Below, one piece after another: positions 12,142-22,466 of a DNA stretch of 64,000 nucleotides. The stretch is from an uncultured Gammaproteobacteria bacterium (lineage in GTDB: Bacteria > Patescibacteriota > Microgenomatia > Levybacterales > UBA12049): positions 17,835-81,834 of the forward strand of contig CAYYSJ010000005.1 of assembly GCA_964474445.1 (NCBI GenBank), read 5' to 3'. A program made the translations under genes and the position numbers. Every line of letters starts with the position of its first letter. Within the stretch, counting starts at the first letter, position 1. Below the pieces are notes generated by a model, which searched no databases, was not told where the DNA came from, and saw nothing but the letters and a program-made list of their open reading frames with translations.

Positions 12142-12651
12142 CTATGCAACAGTAACACGCCTTTTAGAGATACCTTCTTTGTTAAGAGCTTTTGCAATGC
12201 GAGTTTCTAGGTCAGAGTTCATGGGATTTTTGTATCCATCCTTTCCCCTTGCAGCTACCTCTTGTTGAGCAAGGGAAATCCCAAGTCGTCTTGCCATATG
12301 GAAAGGATAGTGAAGATCCCCGTCATGCATCTCACCGAGCGCTTCTTGCAGAATTGTTGGTGTCAAATAGAGCGAGAGTGTGACGTATGTACGTGCGCTT
12401 TGCTCAAGTTTTGCGGCTAGTTTTTTTTCTCCCTGTTTTCTATATGTAAGCGCAGCTGTTGCTTGTAAACATGCTTTTTGAAATAGATAGTGCCCTGCAA
12501 CTGTGTCAATATGCCTATCAGGAACGAGACGACGATAGCCGCTTATAGTAAGCATACGAGTTACATATGCTTCTGTTTGCTCTTTCAGTCTTTGTGTTTG
12601 TGGACGTAACCCCCCTCGATTGGCAACACTCCCCTCAACCATGCCAAACAT
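12142..12651 (-). CDS. Hypothetical protein
   Basis: 169-aa ORF, no recognisable motif. Confidence 0.55.
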   Translation of the reverse strand: MFGMVEGSVANRGGLRPQTQRLKEQTEAYVTRMLTISGYRRLVPDRHIDTVAGHYLFQKACLQATAALTYRKQGEKKLAAKLEQSARTYVTLSLYLTPTILQEALGEMHDGDLHYPFHMARRLGISLAQQEVAARGKDGYKNPMNSDLETRIAKALNKEGISKRRVTVA

Positions 12652-12859
12652 GCTAATGGAATCTTTTCAAAAGCAAGCAAGAGAACAGTAAGAAGTCGGC
12701 AAGATAGGAAAAATATTCCTTTGTAAGAAAATGATAAGGTGATTCTCACAAAATTCGTAAGATAGGCTATCTTGTCTGCCGGTATCTTTATAATCTTGTT
12801 TCCCCTTCCCTGTTGCCTTGCTTGAAGTAGTCTATGACCTTTGGTATGGTCATAGACAA

Positions 12860-13894
12860 ATGAAACGTATTAGTACAATCCTTTCTATCGTGGTACTTCT
12901 TTTTCTTCAGTTACACTCTGTAGAATTAGCAAAATCTGTTGCAAAATCAACCACTTCCCTCTTCCCTGCTCCGCAAAAGCAGTTAACATGGAATGCTGTG
13001 CAAAAAAAATTAGCAGTACAAAAAGATACCTATTCCTTGCATTATTCCTCCTCCCTTATTCCAACAGCTCATGCTGCAAGTATCTATGACAATGCGTCTT
13101 CGTATATAACAATTGATTATCAAAGTGGTGACGTATTACTACAGAAAAATCCTGATGCTTCTGTTCCAATAGCATCTCTAACAAAAATTATGACTGCTAT
13201 TGTTGCATTGGATTTGATGACACCACAAGAACAGATAACCATTTCTCAAAACGCTCCGACTGTTGTTCCAACAAAAATAGGAGTTGATAGTGGCGAGCGA
13301 ATGAGCCTTTCGGATTTGCTCCAAGCAATGCTGATGTATTCGGCAAATGATGCAGCGCAAGCGGTTCATGATGGTGTCAATGAAAGATATAGTCAACCTT
13401 TGTTTATTCAAGCAATGAATGAAAAAGCACAGTTGTTAGGACTTACTCATACACATTTTGCAAATCCACAGGGGTTTGATGATCCCAATAATTATAGTAG
13501 CGCTGCCGATTTAGCAGTATTATCTCACTATGCACTGAGTCACTATCCACTTATTGCCCAAATAGTTAGTCAAGATTATACCGTTGAACCTGCAACAGCT
13601 GCACATAAAGCATATGATTTACCAAATTGGAACGGTCTTCTGGGAGTATACCCTGGGGTGAGTGGGATAAAAATTGGTAATACAGAAAATGCTGGTTATA
13701 CAACAGTTGTTGCATCAGAGCGAGATGGTAAAAAAGTGTTGGCAGTTGTTTTAGGAACACCTGGGATATTACAGCGAGATGAGTGGACTGCTACACTTCT
13801 GGATGACACCTTTGCACAAGAATACAATTTGCCACCCGTGAATATTACTCCTTCACAGCTTCAGGCAAAGTATGCAAGCTGGTATCAACAGTAA
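12860..13894 (+). CDS. D-alanyl-D-alanine carboxypeptidase (peptidase S11)
   Basis: Signal/anchor, SLTK (SxxK), SAN (SxN), HFANPQG; KTG motif appears as KIG. Confidence 0.9.
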   Translation: MKRISTILSIVVLLFLQLHSVELAKSVAKSTTSLFPAPQKQLTWNAVQKKLAVQKDTYSLHYSSSLIPTAHAASIYDNASSYITIDYQSGDVLLQKNPDASVPIASLTKIMTAIVALDLMTPQEQITISQNAPTVVPTKIGVDSGERMSLSDLLQAMLMYSANDAAQAVHDGVNERYSQPLFIQAMNEKAQLLGLTHTHFANPQGFDDPNNYSSAADLAVLSHYALSHYPLIAQIVSQDYTVEPATAAHKAYDLPNWNGLLGVYPGVSGIKIGNTENAGYTTVVASERDGKKVLAVVLGTPGILQRDEWTATLLDDTFAQEYNLPPVNITPSQLQAKYASWYQQ

Positions 13895-14189
13895 TCTGTT
13901 GTATGGGCTTGTTGAAATTTTTACTGAGATATAGAACGCTGGCAAGAAGAAGCTCTGCCACCCATTCCCCAAGAACTCCACAGGCAAGTGTTCCGTAGAG
14001 AAAACAGGTAAGTATTGCCCCAGCAAATAAATAGCTACCAAAAAGAGAAGAGATGAAGAGAAGAAGAATGATAATAGATTGTTCGATATGGTGTGCCATG
14101 TTTTTGTGCCAAAATTTGCCTATGAGTACTCCGATAGAAAGAAAAAGAAATATGGTGGGAAGGGTTATCCCATATTGGGCAAGTTCCAT
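13845..14189 (-). CDS. Small hypothetical membrane protein
   Basis: About 3 hydrophobic segments; convergent overlap with the carboxypeptidase gene. Confidence 0.45.
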   Translation of the reverse strand: MELAQYGITLPTIFLFLSIGVLIGKFWHKNMAHHIEQSIIILLLFISSLFGSYLFAGAILTCFLYGTLACGVLGEWVAELLLASVLYLSKNFNKPIQQITVDTSLHTLPEAVKE

Positions 14190-14268
14190 AGTCCTATCTT
14201 GCAAAAGCTTTACAAAAAAAAGCTATGGGTTAGTTAAGAATTTGGTAAGGAAGCTCTCTCTTGGTTTG

Positions 14269-14538
14269 TTAATTTCCTCTTTTGTTTCCCTCTTGGGCTC
14301 CTCCATCGATCATTGTTAACAGTTTTCCTAACTCTTTGACAAGCTTTTTTGCATGTTCTTGACTCATACCGATTCGTGCAACAACATTGGATTGATTTGA
14401 AGATCCGATTCGTTGTGCGATATCAAGAACTACCCCCTCTTCGCTGGTATTGATGATAACATTGTCTGTGTATAAAACAGGAGTTGTCACTGGATTAATG
14501 TTCACTGCAACTTGTTGCTGATTCGTTTCATTTGCCAT
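14269..14538 (-). CDS. DUF3467-like protein
   Basis: PVLYTDNV..VVLD..VVARIGMS..HAKKL; strong SD GAAAGGAGGTGA. Confidence 0.7.
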   Translation of the reverse strand: MANETNQQQVAVNINPVTTPVLYTDNVIINTSEEGVVLDIAQRIGSSNQSNVVARIGMSQEHAKKLVKELGKLLTMIDGGAQEGNKRGN

Positions 14539-14611
14539 GATCTCACCTCCTTTCGTGAAAGTAGTAGAGAAAAATTATCTATCTTCCTCGTTAGATAATT
14601 GTAACAGAAAG

Positions 14612-14947
14612 TTAGGGAGTGGTTCTTCTATATTCACAGGTTACTCTATGTCCACAAACACCGCAGTTATCTGTTATTACTCGTGGTTGAGTAGTTGGGC
14701 CAAGGGCAGTAAATATGGTCACAGCTTCATCTACGACACAGGAGGCATTGGGAACCTGTTGACGAAGTATGTCTAGTGCTTTTCCTGTAACGGGACGAGC
14801 AACAAATGCAGCTTCAACTGCATATCCAGATACTTGATCTAAAGGAATAGTGACTGTTTGGTTTAAGGCGTTAATATCTCCTTGACTATCGACTGGAAAA
14901 GTCTTTAAAGGGTAGGCCTCACAATCTGGTCTCCTTGGGGAAGTCAT
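14612..14947 (-). CDS. Hypothetical protein with C-terminal CxxC
   Basis: 111-aa ORF with a TATACT -10-like box just upstream. Confidence 0.5.
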   Translation of the reverse strand: MTSPRRPDCEAYPLKTFPVDSQGDINALNQTVTIPLDQVSGYAVEAAFVARPVTGKALDILRQQVPNASCVVDEAVTIFTALGPTTQPRVITDNCGVCGHRVTCEYRRTTP

Positions 14948-14978
14948 AAAAAGAGTATAGCGTAAACTACTCTAGGAT

Positions 14979-15605
14979 TCAATATGTGGGAGTATTTTCC
15001 AAACTTCTCCATAAATACCAACACGCAGCACTTCTATACGGTTTCCAGTTCTCAGAGAGTGTAAGCATTTCTTTTTGGTCTGTTATGCCATACAGTTTGG
15101 TGATAGCATTTCGTAGTCCTAGATCACCAATAGAAAAAACATCTGGCCTCATGAGCGTAAAAATGAGAATCATTTGTGCAGTCCACTTTCCCACTCCTCG
15201 GATTTGGGTGAGAGTGGTAATCACTTCTTCATCAGTCATTTTTTGTATTTTTTGTACGTCTAAAAGGTCTGAGACGAATGCATCAGCAACACTTTTCATG
15301 TAGGAAATTTTTTGAAAAGAAATACCTGCTGTTCGTAAGGTTTCATCCGGCATATCTAAGACTTCCTGAGGGGTGGGACAAGGAAGAGATGCTGAATCAA
15401 GTTCAGAATGGTGATTCGTAAAAAGGTTTTTAAATCTGTTATAGATAGTATCCGCTGCTTTTATAGACAGTTGTTGAGAGATAATTGATTCAATAAGGTC
15501 TTCATACAAATATGCACTCCTGTCTTTGAAGTTTGGTGCAGGATAAGTAGAGATAAGGTTATTTAAAATGGTGTCTGAAAAAGAAAAGGTATGTGATTGT
15601 TTCAT
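14979..15605 (-). CDS. DNA-3-methyladenine glycosylase (AlkA/HhH-GPD)
   Basis: IISQQLS, HhH IRGVGKWTAQM, DLGLR, WKPYRS. Confidence 0.92.
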   Translation of the reverse strand: MKQSHTFSFSDTILNNLISTYPAPNFKDRSAYLYEDLIESIISQQLSIKAADTIYNRFKNLFTNHHSELDSASLPCPTPQEVLDMPDETLRTAGISFQKISYMKSVADAFVSDLLDVQKIQKMTDEEVITTLTQIRGVGKWTAQMILIFTLMRPDVFSIGDLGLRNAITKLYGITDQKEMLTLSENWKPYRSAACWYLWRSLENTPTY

Positions 15606-15607
15606 TG

Positions 15608-16267
15608 CTATATCGTCAGAAAGGTATGCTCTAAGAGAAGTCGAAGGTTAACATTTGTTGTTTGGAGAATGGTGTATGCTTCTTGAAATTGTTGCAAAAC
15701 TCGTGCCACTTCCCCACTCTCATGCAAGTTTTCAAGGAGCTTTTTGTGTACTATTTGTATCATTGTTTCAAGCCATTCTTGTGCTTTTTGCTTATCTGAA
15801 GATAGGGTTTCTGCTAATGCAAGCTTATATGAAATATCTTCTTGGATCAGTTGTTGATATTGGGTGATAAATGCTTGTTGTGTCTCTTCTTCTATATCTT
15901 TTGTTTCTTCCTGAAGGACAAGAAGCTTACACCTTGAGAGAATTGTTGGAAGGAATGCATTGCTCGTTGATGAAGAAAGGAAAAAATAGGTATGCAGTGG
16001 TGGCTCTTCTAGAATTTTTAAAAGCGCATTTTGTGCTTCTGGTGTAAGAGTCTGGGCATTTTCAAAGACGATAAGCTTTTTTTCTCCTTTCAGGGGTTTG
16101 AAGTAGAGTGTTTTTTGCATATCACGAATCATTTCTATTCCAATAGAGGATGTTTCTGTGGAAATAACTGTTTGGTCAAATGGACTAATATGTTCTTTTG
16201 TAGAAAACGTGTCAATGTAGTTTTTTCGATTGTTTGGGTTTTTTGCAATAATGATAAAGCTATTCAT
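15608..16267 (-). CDS. holB: DNA polymerase III delta' subunit (short form)
   Basis: IGIEMIR, AQNALLKILEEPP, TILSRC; start set at MNSF, downstream of a TGATAGAAT -10. Confidence 0.8.
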   Translation of the reverse strand: MNSFIIIAKNPNNRKNYIDTFSTKEHISPFDQTVISTETSSIGIEMIRDMQKTLYFKPLKGEKKLIVFENAQTLTPEAQNALLKILEEPPLHTYFFLSSSTSNAFLPTILSRCKLLVLQEETKDIEEETQQAFITQYQQLIQEDISYKLALAETLSSDKQKAQEWLETMIQIVHKKLLENLHESGEVARVLQQFQEAYTILQTTNVNLRLLLEHTFLTI

Positions 16268-16278
16268 ATGGTCTTTCC

Positions 16279-16308
16279 TTGACATTCTATCACTCCCTCG
16301 CCTACTAT
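16279..16308 (+). promoter_or_regulatory. Sigma70-type promoter for pilB
   Basis: TTGACA-N18-TACTAT, 7 nt upstream of ATG 16316. Confidence 0.55.
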
Positions 16309-16315
16309 AAAAGTA

Positions 16316-18262
16316 ATGCCCGATCAAATTGTCCAATCACCAGCGGGAGTAGTACCTGTTGGTGATGTTTCTGCTACGCAAGTTCCCATTGATGGGAGTG
16401 TTCCAGGAGTTCTTCCAAGTGATCCCTCCCTTCCAGTTGTCCAAGATGCAACAGTCTCTCTTGATGCTGTTACTCCTCCAGCCCCTTCTGTAAGTACTAC
16501 GGCATCTACAGAGCCACCAGCTCTTGATTCTGTTCGCGAGTTCTATTCAGCATCTCCAGGATCACAATCTATTTTAGACATTTTGCTTGAAGAAAAATTA
16601 CTGACCCCCGCTCAGGCGGATGAAGTCAGAGTGGAAAGTGCAACACAAAATAAATCTATTGAGTCTGTCCTAGTTGATAAGCAAATTGTCACAAGTGAAA
16701 AAATTGCTGAGGCAAAAGCAAAGATGCTTGGTGTTCCGTATCTGTCACTTGCCACAGCCTCATTCTCACCTGAAGCACTGAACTTTATTCCTCGTGCTGT
16801 TGTTGAACGGTTCCAGTTAATTCCCTTCATGTATGACGATACAACGAAGACGTTATCCGTTGCAATGGCAAATCCTGTGGATCTAGAAGCACAGCAATTT
16901 GTCCGTCAGAAAACAGGCCTTACGATCAAAACCTATGCTGCATCTCCTGAAGAAGTAAAAAATGCAATTGATGTGCAATATCGTCAGGAGTTAGTTGGAG
17001 AAGTTGGGAAAGCAGTAAAAGAAACAGAAGAATTAAAGCAAGAAAATCAAGCAAAAACAATAAATGCTGACCAAATTGGACAAATTATCAAAGAAGCTCC
17101 GATTGCAAAAATTGTTGCGACAATTCTTGAGTATGCTGTTACCTCTCGAGCTTCTGATGTACATATTGAGCCGATGGAAGATAGAGTTCGTGTTCGCTAT
17201 CGTATCGATGGTATTTTATATGACAGACTTTCATTGCCAAAGACAGTACAAGAAGCAGTTATTTCTCGTATTAAAGTATTATCAGAAATGAAAATTGATG
17301 AACACCGAACTCCTCAAGATGGTCGTTTTAATTTTAAATCTGGCAATGAAGAAGTCGACCTTCGTATTTCTGTGTTACCAACAGTGAATGGTGAAAAAAT
17401 CGTTATGCGTTTGCTCAAAAAATCGGGAGGTATTCCAACATTGCCTGAATTGGGACTCGCTGGTATCTCTCTCAAAGAACTTGAGACAGCAATCTTACGA
17501 CCTCACGGTATTATTTTGGTTACTGGTCCTACGGGCTCTGGAAAAACAACAACGCTGTATGCTGTGCTATCAAAGCTTAATACCACACGGGTGAATATCG
17601 TGTCCTTGGAAGATCCTGTCGAATACCAAATTGCTGGAGTAAATCAGGTACAAATAAACCCGGCAGTCGGACTTACTTTTGCTTCAGGTCTGAGATCTTT
17701 TTTACGACAAGATCCAAATATCATTCTTGTCGGAGAAATCCGAGATGGTGAAACAGCTGATCTTGCAATTCAAGCAGCCTTGACGGGCCATTTAGTGTTC
17801 TCAACCCTCCATACCTCAGATGCCGCTGGAGCTCTTCCTCGTCTGTTGGATTTAGGAGCAGAAACATTCCTGCTTGCCTCAACCATTACTGCTGTGATGG
17901 GACAAAGAATTACCAGAAAAATTTGTGACCATTGTAAAGCACCGTACACTCCTGCACCACAACTTGTCGAAGAGATCAGAACAATTTTGGGTCCTCTGAT
18001 GCCTCCAGGTGAAGTGAAATTGTATCGAGGAAAAGGATGCAGTGAATGCGGGGATTCGGGGTATATAGGAAGAATTGGTATTTTTGAAGTGTTGACCGTT
18101 ACAGATAGTGTAGCGCATTTAGTGTTGCAGCGAGCAGATGCTGAAACAATAGAAAAGCAAGCTGTTGCAGAAGGAATGATCACCATGAAGCAAGATGGAT
18201 ATCTAAAAGCACTTGCAGGAGTGACAAGCATTGAAGAAGTATTGCGAGTTGCTCAGGAATAA
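16316..18262 (+). CDS. pilB: Type IV pilus assembly ATPase PilB/GspE
   Basis: ASDVHIEP, GPTGSGKTT, LRQDPNIILVGEIRD, two CxxC; Pro/Ser/Thr-rich N-terminus. Confidence 0.95.
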   Translation: MPDQIVQSPAGVVPVGDVSATQVPIDGSVPGVLPSDPSLPVVQDATVSLDAVTPPAPSVSTTASTEPPALDSVREFYSASPGSQSILDILLEEKLLTPAQADEVRVESATQNKSIESVLVDKQIVTSEKIAEAKAKMLGVPYLSLATASFSPEALNFIPRAVVERFQLIPFMYDDTTKTLSVAMANPVDLEAQQFVRQKTGLTIKTYAASPEEVKNAIDVQYRQELVGEVGKAVKETEELKQENQAKTINADQIGQIIKEAPIAKIVATILEYAVTSRASDVHIEPMEDRVRVRYRIDGILYDRLSLPKTVQEAVISRIKVLSEMKIDEHRTPQDGRFNFKSGNEEVDLRISVLPTVNGEKIVMRLLKKSGGIPTLPELGLAGISLKELETAILRPHGIILVTGPTGSGKTTTLYAVLSKLNTTRVNIVSLEDPVEYQIAGVNQVQINPAVGLTFASGLRSFLRQDPNIILVGEIRDGETADLAIQAALTGHLVFSTLHTSDAAGALPRLLDLGAETFLLASTITAVMGQRITRKICDHCKAPYTPAPQLVEEIRTILGPLMPPGEVKLYRGKGCSECGDSGYIGRIGIFEVLTVTDSVAHLVLQRADAETIEKQAVAEGMITMKQDGYLKALAGVTSIEEVLRVAQE

Positions 18263-18316
18263 CAATTACTAGTAACTCCCGTAGAAAAACTTTACAATAA
18301 AATAAAGGGACAATAT

Positions 18317-19384
18317 ATGGATTTACAACAATTACTCGATTTAGTAGTGAAAAATAATGCATCTGACTTGCATTTGATGCCAGGTCTTCCCCCTGCAATA
18401 CGAATTGATGGAATGTTGCAATACGTCTCTTCACTCCCTTCTATGAGCAGTGAAAGTGTCCAGAGTATGATATTTACCCTTCTAAATCCTGAGCAAAAAG
18501 ACTTATTAACAGCAAACAAAGAGTTAGACTTTTCTATGCCCTATGGGGGAGGAATTTATGGACAATTAGGAAGGTTTCGTGTTAATGCATATTTTCAAAG
18601 AGGACAATTATGTGCAGCGTTTCGATTCTTGCCAAAAAGCATTAAAACAATAGAAGAGTTACGCCTTCCTCAAATTTGTCATACGTTTGCTAATCTTCGT
18701 CAAGGATTTGTTCTTGTTACCGGGCCAACAGGTCAAGGGAAATCAACAACCCTTGCATCAATGATTAATGAGATTAATATGACCAGATCTTCTCATATTT
18801 TAACGATTGAAGACCCAATTGAATATGTTTATCCAAATGGAAAAAGTATTATTTCCCAACGAGAGATGAAAACTGATACTCATTCATGGACCATGGCACT
18901 TCGTTCTGCTCTTCGTGAAGATCCTGACGTTGTGCTCATTGGAGAAATGAGAGACCCTGATACAATGCAGGCAGCAATGACCATTGCTGAGACAGGCCAC
19001 TTAGTGTTTTCAACACTTCACACAAATTCTGCTGCTCAAAGTATTGATCGTATTATTGATTCCTTTCCTGAACATCAGCAGGGACAAATTCGCACACAGC
19101 TTTCCTTTACCTTGAAAGGTATTCTTTCACAACGACTGATTCCGCAAATTAGTGGCGGGAGAATCCCAGCGGTTGAAGTATTAGTTGGAACGCCAGCTGT
19201 TGCAAGTAATATTCGGGATGGGAAAACCCATTTGATTGATTCAATCATTCAGACATCTCAAGATGTTGGTATGGTGACACTTGATTATTCGTTATCCCAA
19301 CTGGTACTTTCAGGTGCAATCAGTCTTGATACTGCAAAATCATATAGCCTGCATCCTGACGAGTTATTGAGGATGGTTGGGTAA
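18317..19384 (+). CDS. pilT: Type IV pilus retraction ATPase
   Basis: ASDLHL, GPTGQGKST, LREDPDVVLIGEMRD, AETGHLVFSTLH. Confidence 0.95.
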   Translation: MDLQQLLDLVVKNNASDLHLMPGLPPAIRIDGMLQYVSSLPSMSSESVQSMIFTLLNPEQKDLLTANKELDFSMPYGGGIYGQLGRFRVNAYFQRGQLCAAFRFLPKSIKTIEELRLPQICHTFANLRQGFVLVTGPTGQGKSTTLASMINEINMTRSSHILTIEDPIEYVYPNGKSIISQREMKTDTHSWTMALRSALREDPDVVLIGEMRDPDTMQAAMTIAETGHLVFSTLHTNSAAQSIDRIIDSFPEHQQGQIRTQLSFTLKGILSQRLIPQISGGRIPAVEVLVGTPAVASNIRDGKTHLIDSIIQTSQDVGMVTLDYSLSQLVLSGAISLDTAKSYSLHPDELLRMVG

Positions 19385-19471
19385 AAGAAACATGAACCGT
19401 CAAGCATCAGCCGTTCAAGGATTTTTAGAAAAAACTATCCTCATACTCATCGGTTAAGGGTCTATGCTGTT

Positions 19472-20674
19472 ATGAAAGTACAATATCGTGCAACCACAAA
19501 AGACGGGAAAGTTGTTCAAGGAGTTTTAGAAGCAAAAGATACACAAGAAGCTGCATTTTTTCTACGTGGAAAAGAGATGCTTCCGCTGTCTCTTCGTCAA
19601 GTAGAACAAAAAGAAATACCTTTTGCTTCCCTTTTTAAAAAATCGAGTACATCTGATTTAGTCTTATTCACGAGACAATTATCATCGATCCTTTCATCAG
19701 GTCTGACACTGATGCAAGCATTAGCAATCCTCAAGGAACAAATACAAAATCCAGTGATGAGAGAAGTTGTTACTGGTATTATTGCTGATGTTCAGGAAGG
19801 AAAAACATTTGGAACTGCAATTGAAAAGTATCCAAACATTTTCAGCAAAATTTATATCGCACTTATTAAAGCTGCAGAATCTTCAGGTTTTTTGGATAAG
19901 GTATTACTCCGACTGGCTGATAATCTAGAAAAAGAACAAAAGTTAAAATCAACGATTAAATCAGCCCTCATGTATCCAATTATCGTTGTTATTTTGATGG
20001 TTGTTGTGATGTTTGTCATGATGATTTTTGTTATCCCACAACTGACTGTGTTGTATCAAAATTTAAATATTCCACTTCCCTTTACAACCCAAGTTCTTGT
20101 TACCGTTTCAAATCTTACTATTACCTTCTGGCCTATTGTTTTGGGAAGCATTGTTGCTATTGGTATTGCCTATCAACGATGGGTCAAAACTGACTCAGGA
20201 GAGTTGTTAACCGATGGATTGAAATTAAAAGTACCAGTGTTTGGCAAGCTTATTCGTCAAACAATTCTTGCTGAATTTTCTCGTACCTTTGGTCTTTTAG
20301 TTGGAGCAGGAACACTGGTTGTCCAGTCATTGAATGAGGCTGCTGATACATCCGGAAATAGGATTTATGAGAATGCGATCCAAGAAATTGCAAAACGTGT
20401 TGAGAAGGGAATTTCTATTGGAGATGCAATGGCAGCTTTTGATATCTTCCCTCCTATTCTCGTCCAAATGGTAAAAATTGGTGAACAGACTGGAAAACTA
20501 GATGAATCACTGTTAAAAGTCAGTGAATATTTTGAACGAGAAGTAGATGGGACAGTCAAGACATTAACAACAGCAATGGAACCATTTATCATGATTGTCT
20601 TAGGTGTTGGTGTTTCCTTCCTGATTATTTCTATTATTACGCCAATTTACAACCTTACCTCAAGTATTCAATAG
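19472..20674 (+). CDS. pilC: Type IV pilus platform protein PilC/GspF
   Basis: FTRQLS, SALMYP, GEQTGKLD, EPFIM; 3 TM segments. Confidence 0.95.
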   Translation: MKVQYRATTKDGKVVQGVLEAKDTQEAAFFLRGKEMLPLSLRQVEQKEIPFASLFKKSSTSDLVLFTRQLSSILSSGLTLMQALAILKEQIQNPVMREVVTGIIADVQEGKTFGTAIEKYPNIFSKIYIALIKAAESSGFLDKVLLRLADNLEKEQKLKSTIKSALMYPIIVVILMVVVMFVMMIFVIPQLTVLYQNLNIPLPFTTQVLVTVSNLTITFWPIVLGSIVAIGIAYQRWVKTDSGELLTDGLKLKVPVFGKLIRQTILAEFSRTFGLLVGAGTLVVQSLNEAADTSGNRIYENAIQEIAKRVEKGISIGDAMAAFDIFPPILVQMVKIGEQTGKLDESLLKVSEYFEREVDGTVKTLTTAMEPFIMIVLGVGVSFLIISIITPIYNLTSSIQ

Positions 20675-20700
20675 TTAACTTCGTGGTCTGGGGCTAGGTT

Positions 20701-21171
20701 TTAAAAAGGTCTTCCCATCTCTTCAAGTTCTTTTATTCCTTCTATGGAGTGGATAATAGAATCGACTGCTACGTTTTCCCTATCTGCAATAATAAGTCCC
20801 TGAATAATATTTCGGGCTCTAATGGCATCCCTTTTTTTAAGATGACGAATACTCATTACCTGATTTTGGAATACTCGTCCAGGAAGAATATGCAGTGTTG
20901 CAAAAAAAAGACTGTGGTCGACTGAAAGATCGGAAATATGTTTAATAGGAACAGAATGAATTTGTGCTGATCCAAAAAAATCACGAATGATAACACTCAC
21001 TTTTTCACTATCAATAACCAGATCATCTGGGAAAAAATCAAAGGGAAAAACAGTTTTTGTTCGAAAGAGGACACACGAACATTTGCCCCTCAAGTGATCT
21101 ATCGTTTGTTTTTCTGAAGGGGTAAGAGGAAGTGACGTATCTCTGCGAAAAATGGTACCAGGTTGAAGCAT
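20701..21171 (-). CDS. Hypothetical protein (possible PH-like domain)
   Basis: VFPFDFFPDDL.ID..KV..FF..I..ISD..V..FFATL; SD GAAAGG before MLQPG. Confidence 0.6.
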   Translation of the reverse strand: MLQPGTIFRRDTSLPLTPSEKQTIDHLRGKCSCVLFRTKTVFPFDFFPDDLVIDSEKVSVIIRDFFGSAQIHSVPIKHISDLSVDHSLFFATLHILPGRVFQNQVMSIRHLKKRDAIRARNIIQGLIIADRENVAVDSIIHSIEGIKELEEMGRPF

Positions 21172-21296
21172 ACATATCCTTTCATACCTAATGATGTGAC
21201 ACGATTTTATAAAAACTATGTGGTAAATAGTGATGAAACATGTAGGAATAAGGGAGTTTACAAATTGGTAATTGCTTTCTATCATAAGAAGACATT

Positions 21297-22466
21297 ATGA
21301 GGAAGTTGTTCTTTATTGATTATGCATCACTGTTTCTGTTTTCTTTTGTTGTCACAATTACTGTGACGACATTTATCTATCCTCCCAGTAACCGTATGGA
21401 TTTTAGTATTTATCTTCTTGTTACAAAAGTTGCGCTTTTGCATAAATCGCTCTATCCATTATTTATTGACGGAGTTCTCTTTCCATATACTCACCCAACA
21501 AGTCTTACTCCATTTTTCTTTCCCTTTTTATTTCTCTCCCCTTCTCTTGCCGCAAGTGTATGGAATGCTCTTTCATTAGTGTGTTTGATTAGTGGCATCT
21601 TTTTTGTGATACGAAGTGTTCACCCGGTAAAACTTTCAACAATGCTTCTTATCCTTTCAAGTGTTCTTTTATTAGAACCTGTAAGAGAAAGTTTTCTTTT
21701 TGGTCAGAATAATTGTGTTGTATTATTGTTTGTGTTACTAGCATTTCTTTGTTCTAGGAAAAACAAATTTTCCTATCAAATCATAAGTGGTATATGTATT
21801 GGTATTGCCGCTTCTTTGAAATTATTTCCACTTTTTCTTCTTGTCTATTTTTTACTAAAAAAACAGTGGGTTAGTCTTATGGTGAGTCTTTTGATTTTTG
21901 TTTTTTTCCTACTCCTTGGAACATTTGGTCATGTTTCCTATATAGGGGAATACATGCAGTATGCGTTTGGTGTGATGGATTCTTCCCGTGTCCTCCCCGG
22001 TGATTACTCTTTATCATCATTACTATTTCTCTTTTTCCCTATGCCTTCTCTTCTGCGAATGATTTGTGTTAGTCTTTTCTCTATGCTGTTTATTGCAGTG
22101 TCTTTTTTTATTTGGAAAAAAGGAAGAAATGATGATCTGTCTGACTTTCTTTTTTTTAGTAGTATACTTGCTGTTACAATTCTTATGATCACACCACTAG
22201 CATGGGTGCATCATCTTGTCTTTCTTATTCCGTTTTGTCTGGGTCTTTTTCTCAAAGCACTCGAAACATCAGGCATACAAAGTAAGGTTATTTTTCTTGT
22301 CGCGTTTCTTCTCATATTTGTCAATTGGGAAGACTTTGTTATTTTTTTGCAAACACATGGAGCTGGATATATTCCGTTATTGTATTTTCATGCGTTATTT
22401 GGTTTGGGAGTGGTAATAATTGGAGAGCTTCTTTTACTTTCGTTTCAAAAGTTTGAAAAGAAGTAG
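21297..22466 (+). CDS. GT87-family (DUF2029) membrane glycosyltransferase
   Basis: Polytopic; DF..Y, YTHP, GQ.N, LKLFP, PLAWVHH. Confidence 0.8.
   Translation: MRKLFFIDYASLFLFSFVVTITVTTFIYPPSNRMDFSIYLLVTKVALLHKSLYPLFIDGVLFPYTHPTSLTPFFFPFLFLSPSLAASVWNALSLVCLISGIFFVIRSVHPVKLSTMLLILSSVLLLEPVRESFLFGQNNCVVLLFVLLAFLCSRKNKFSYQIISGICIGIAASLKLFPLFLLVYFLLKKQWVSLMVSLLIFVFFLLLGTFGHVSYIGEYMQYAFGVMDSSRVLPGDYSLSSLLFLFFPMPSLLRMICVSLFSMLFIAVSFFIWKKGRNDDLSDFLFFSSILAVTILMITPLAWVHHLVFLIPFCLGLFLKALETSGIQSKVIFLVAFLLIFVNWEDFVIFLQTHGAGYIPLLYFHALFGLGVVIIGELLLLSFQKFEKK

Noticed and set aside
12697-12776. Short inverted repeats (CAAGATAG / CTATCTTG) in a divergent intergenic region
   Set aside because: Too short in AT-rich DNA to support a call.
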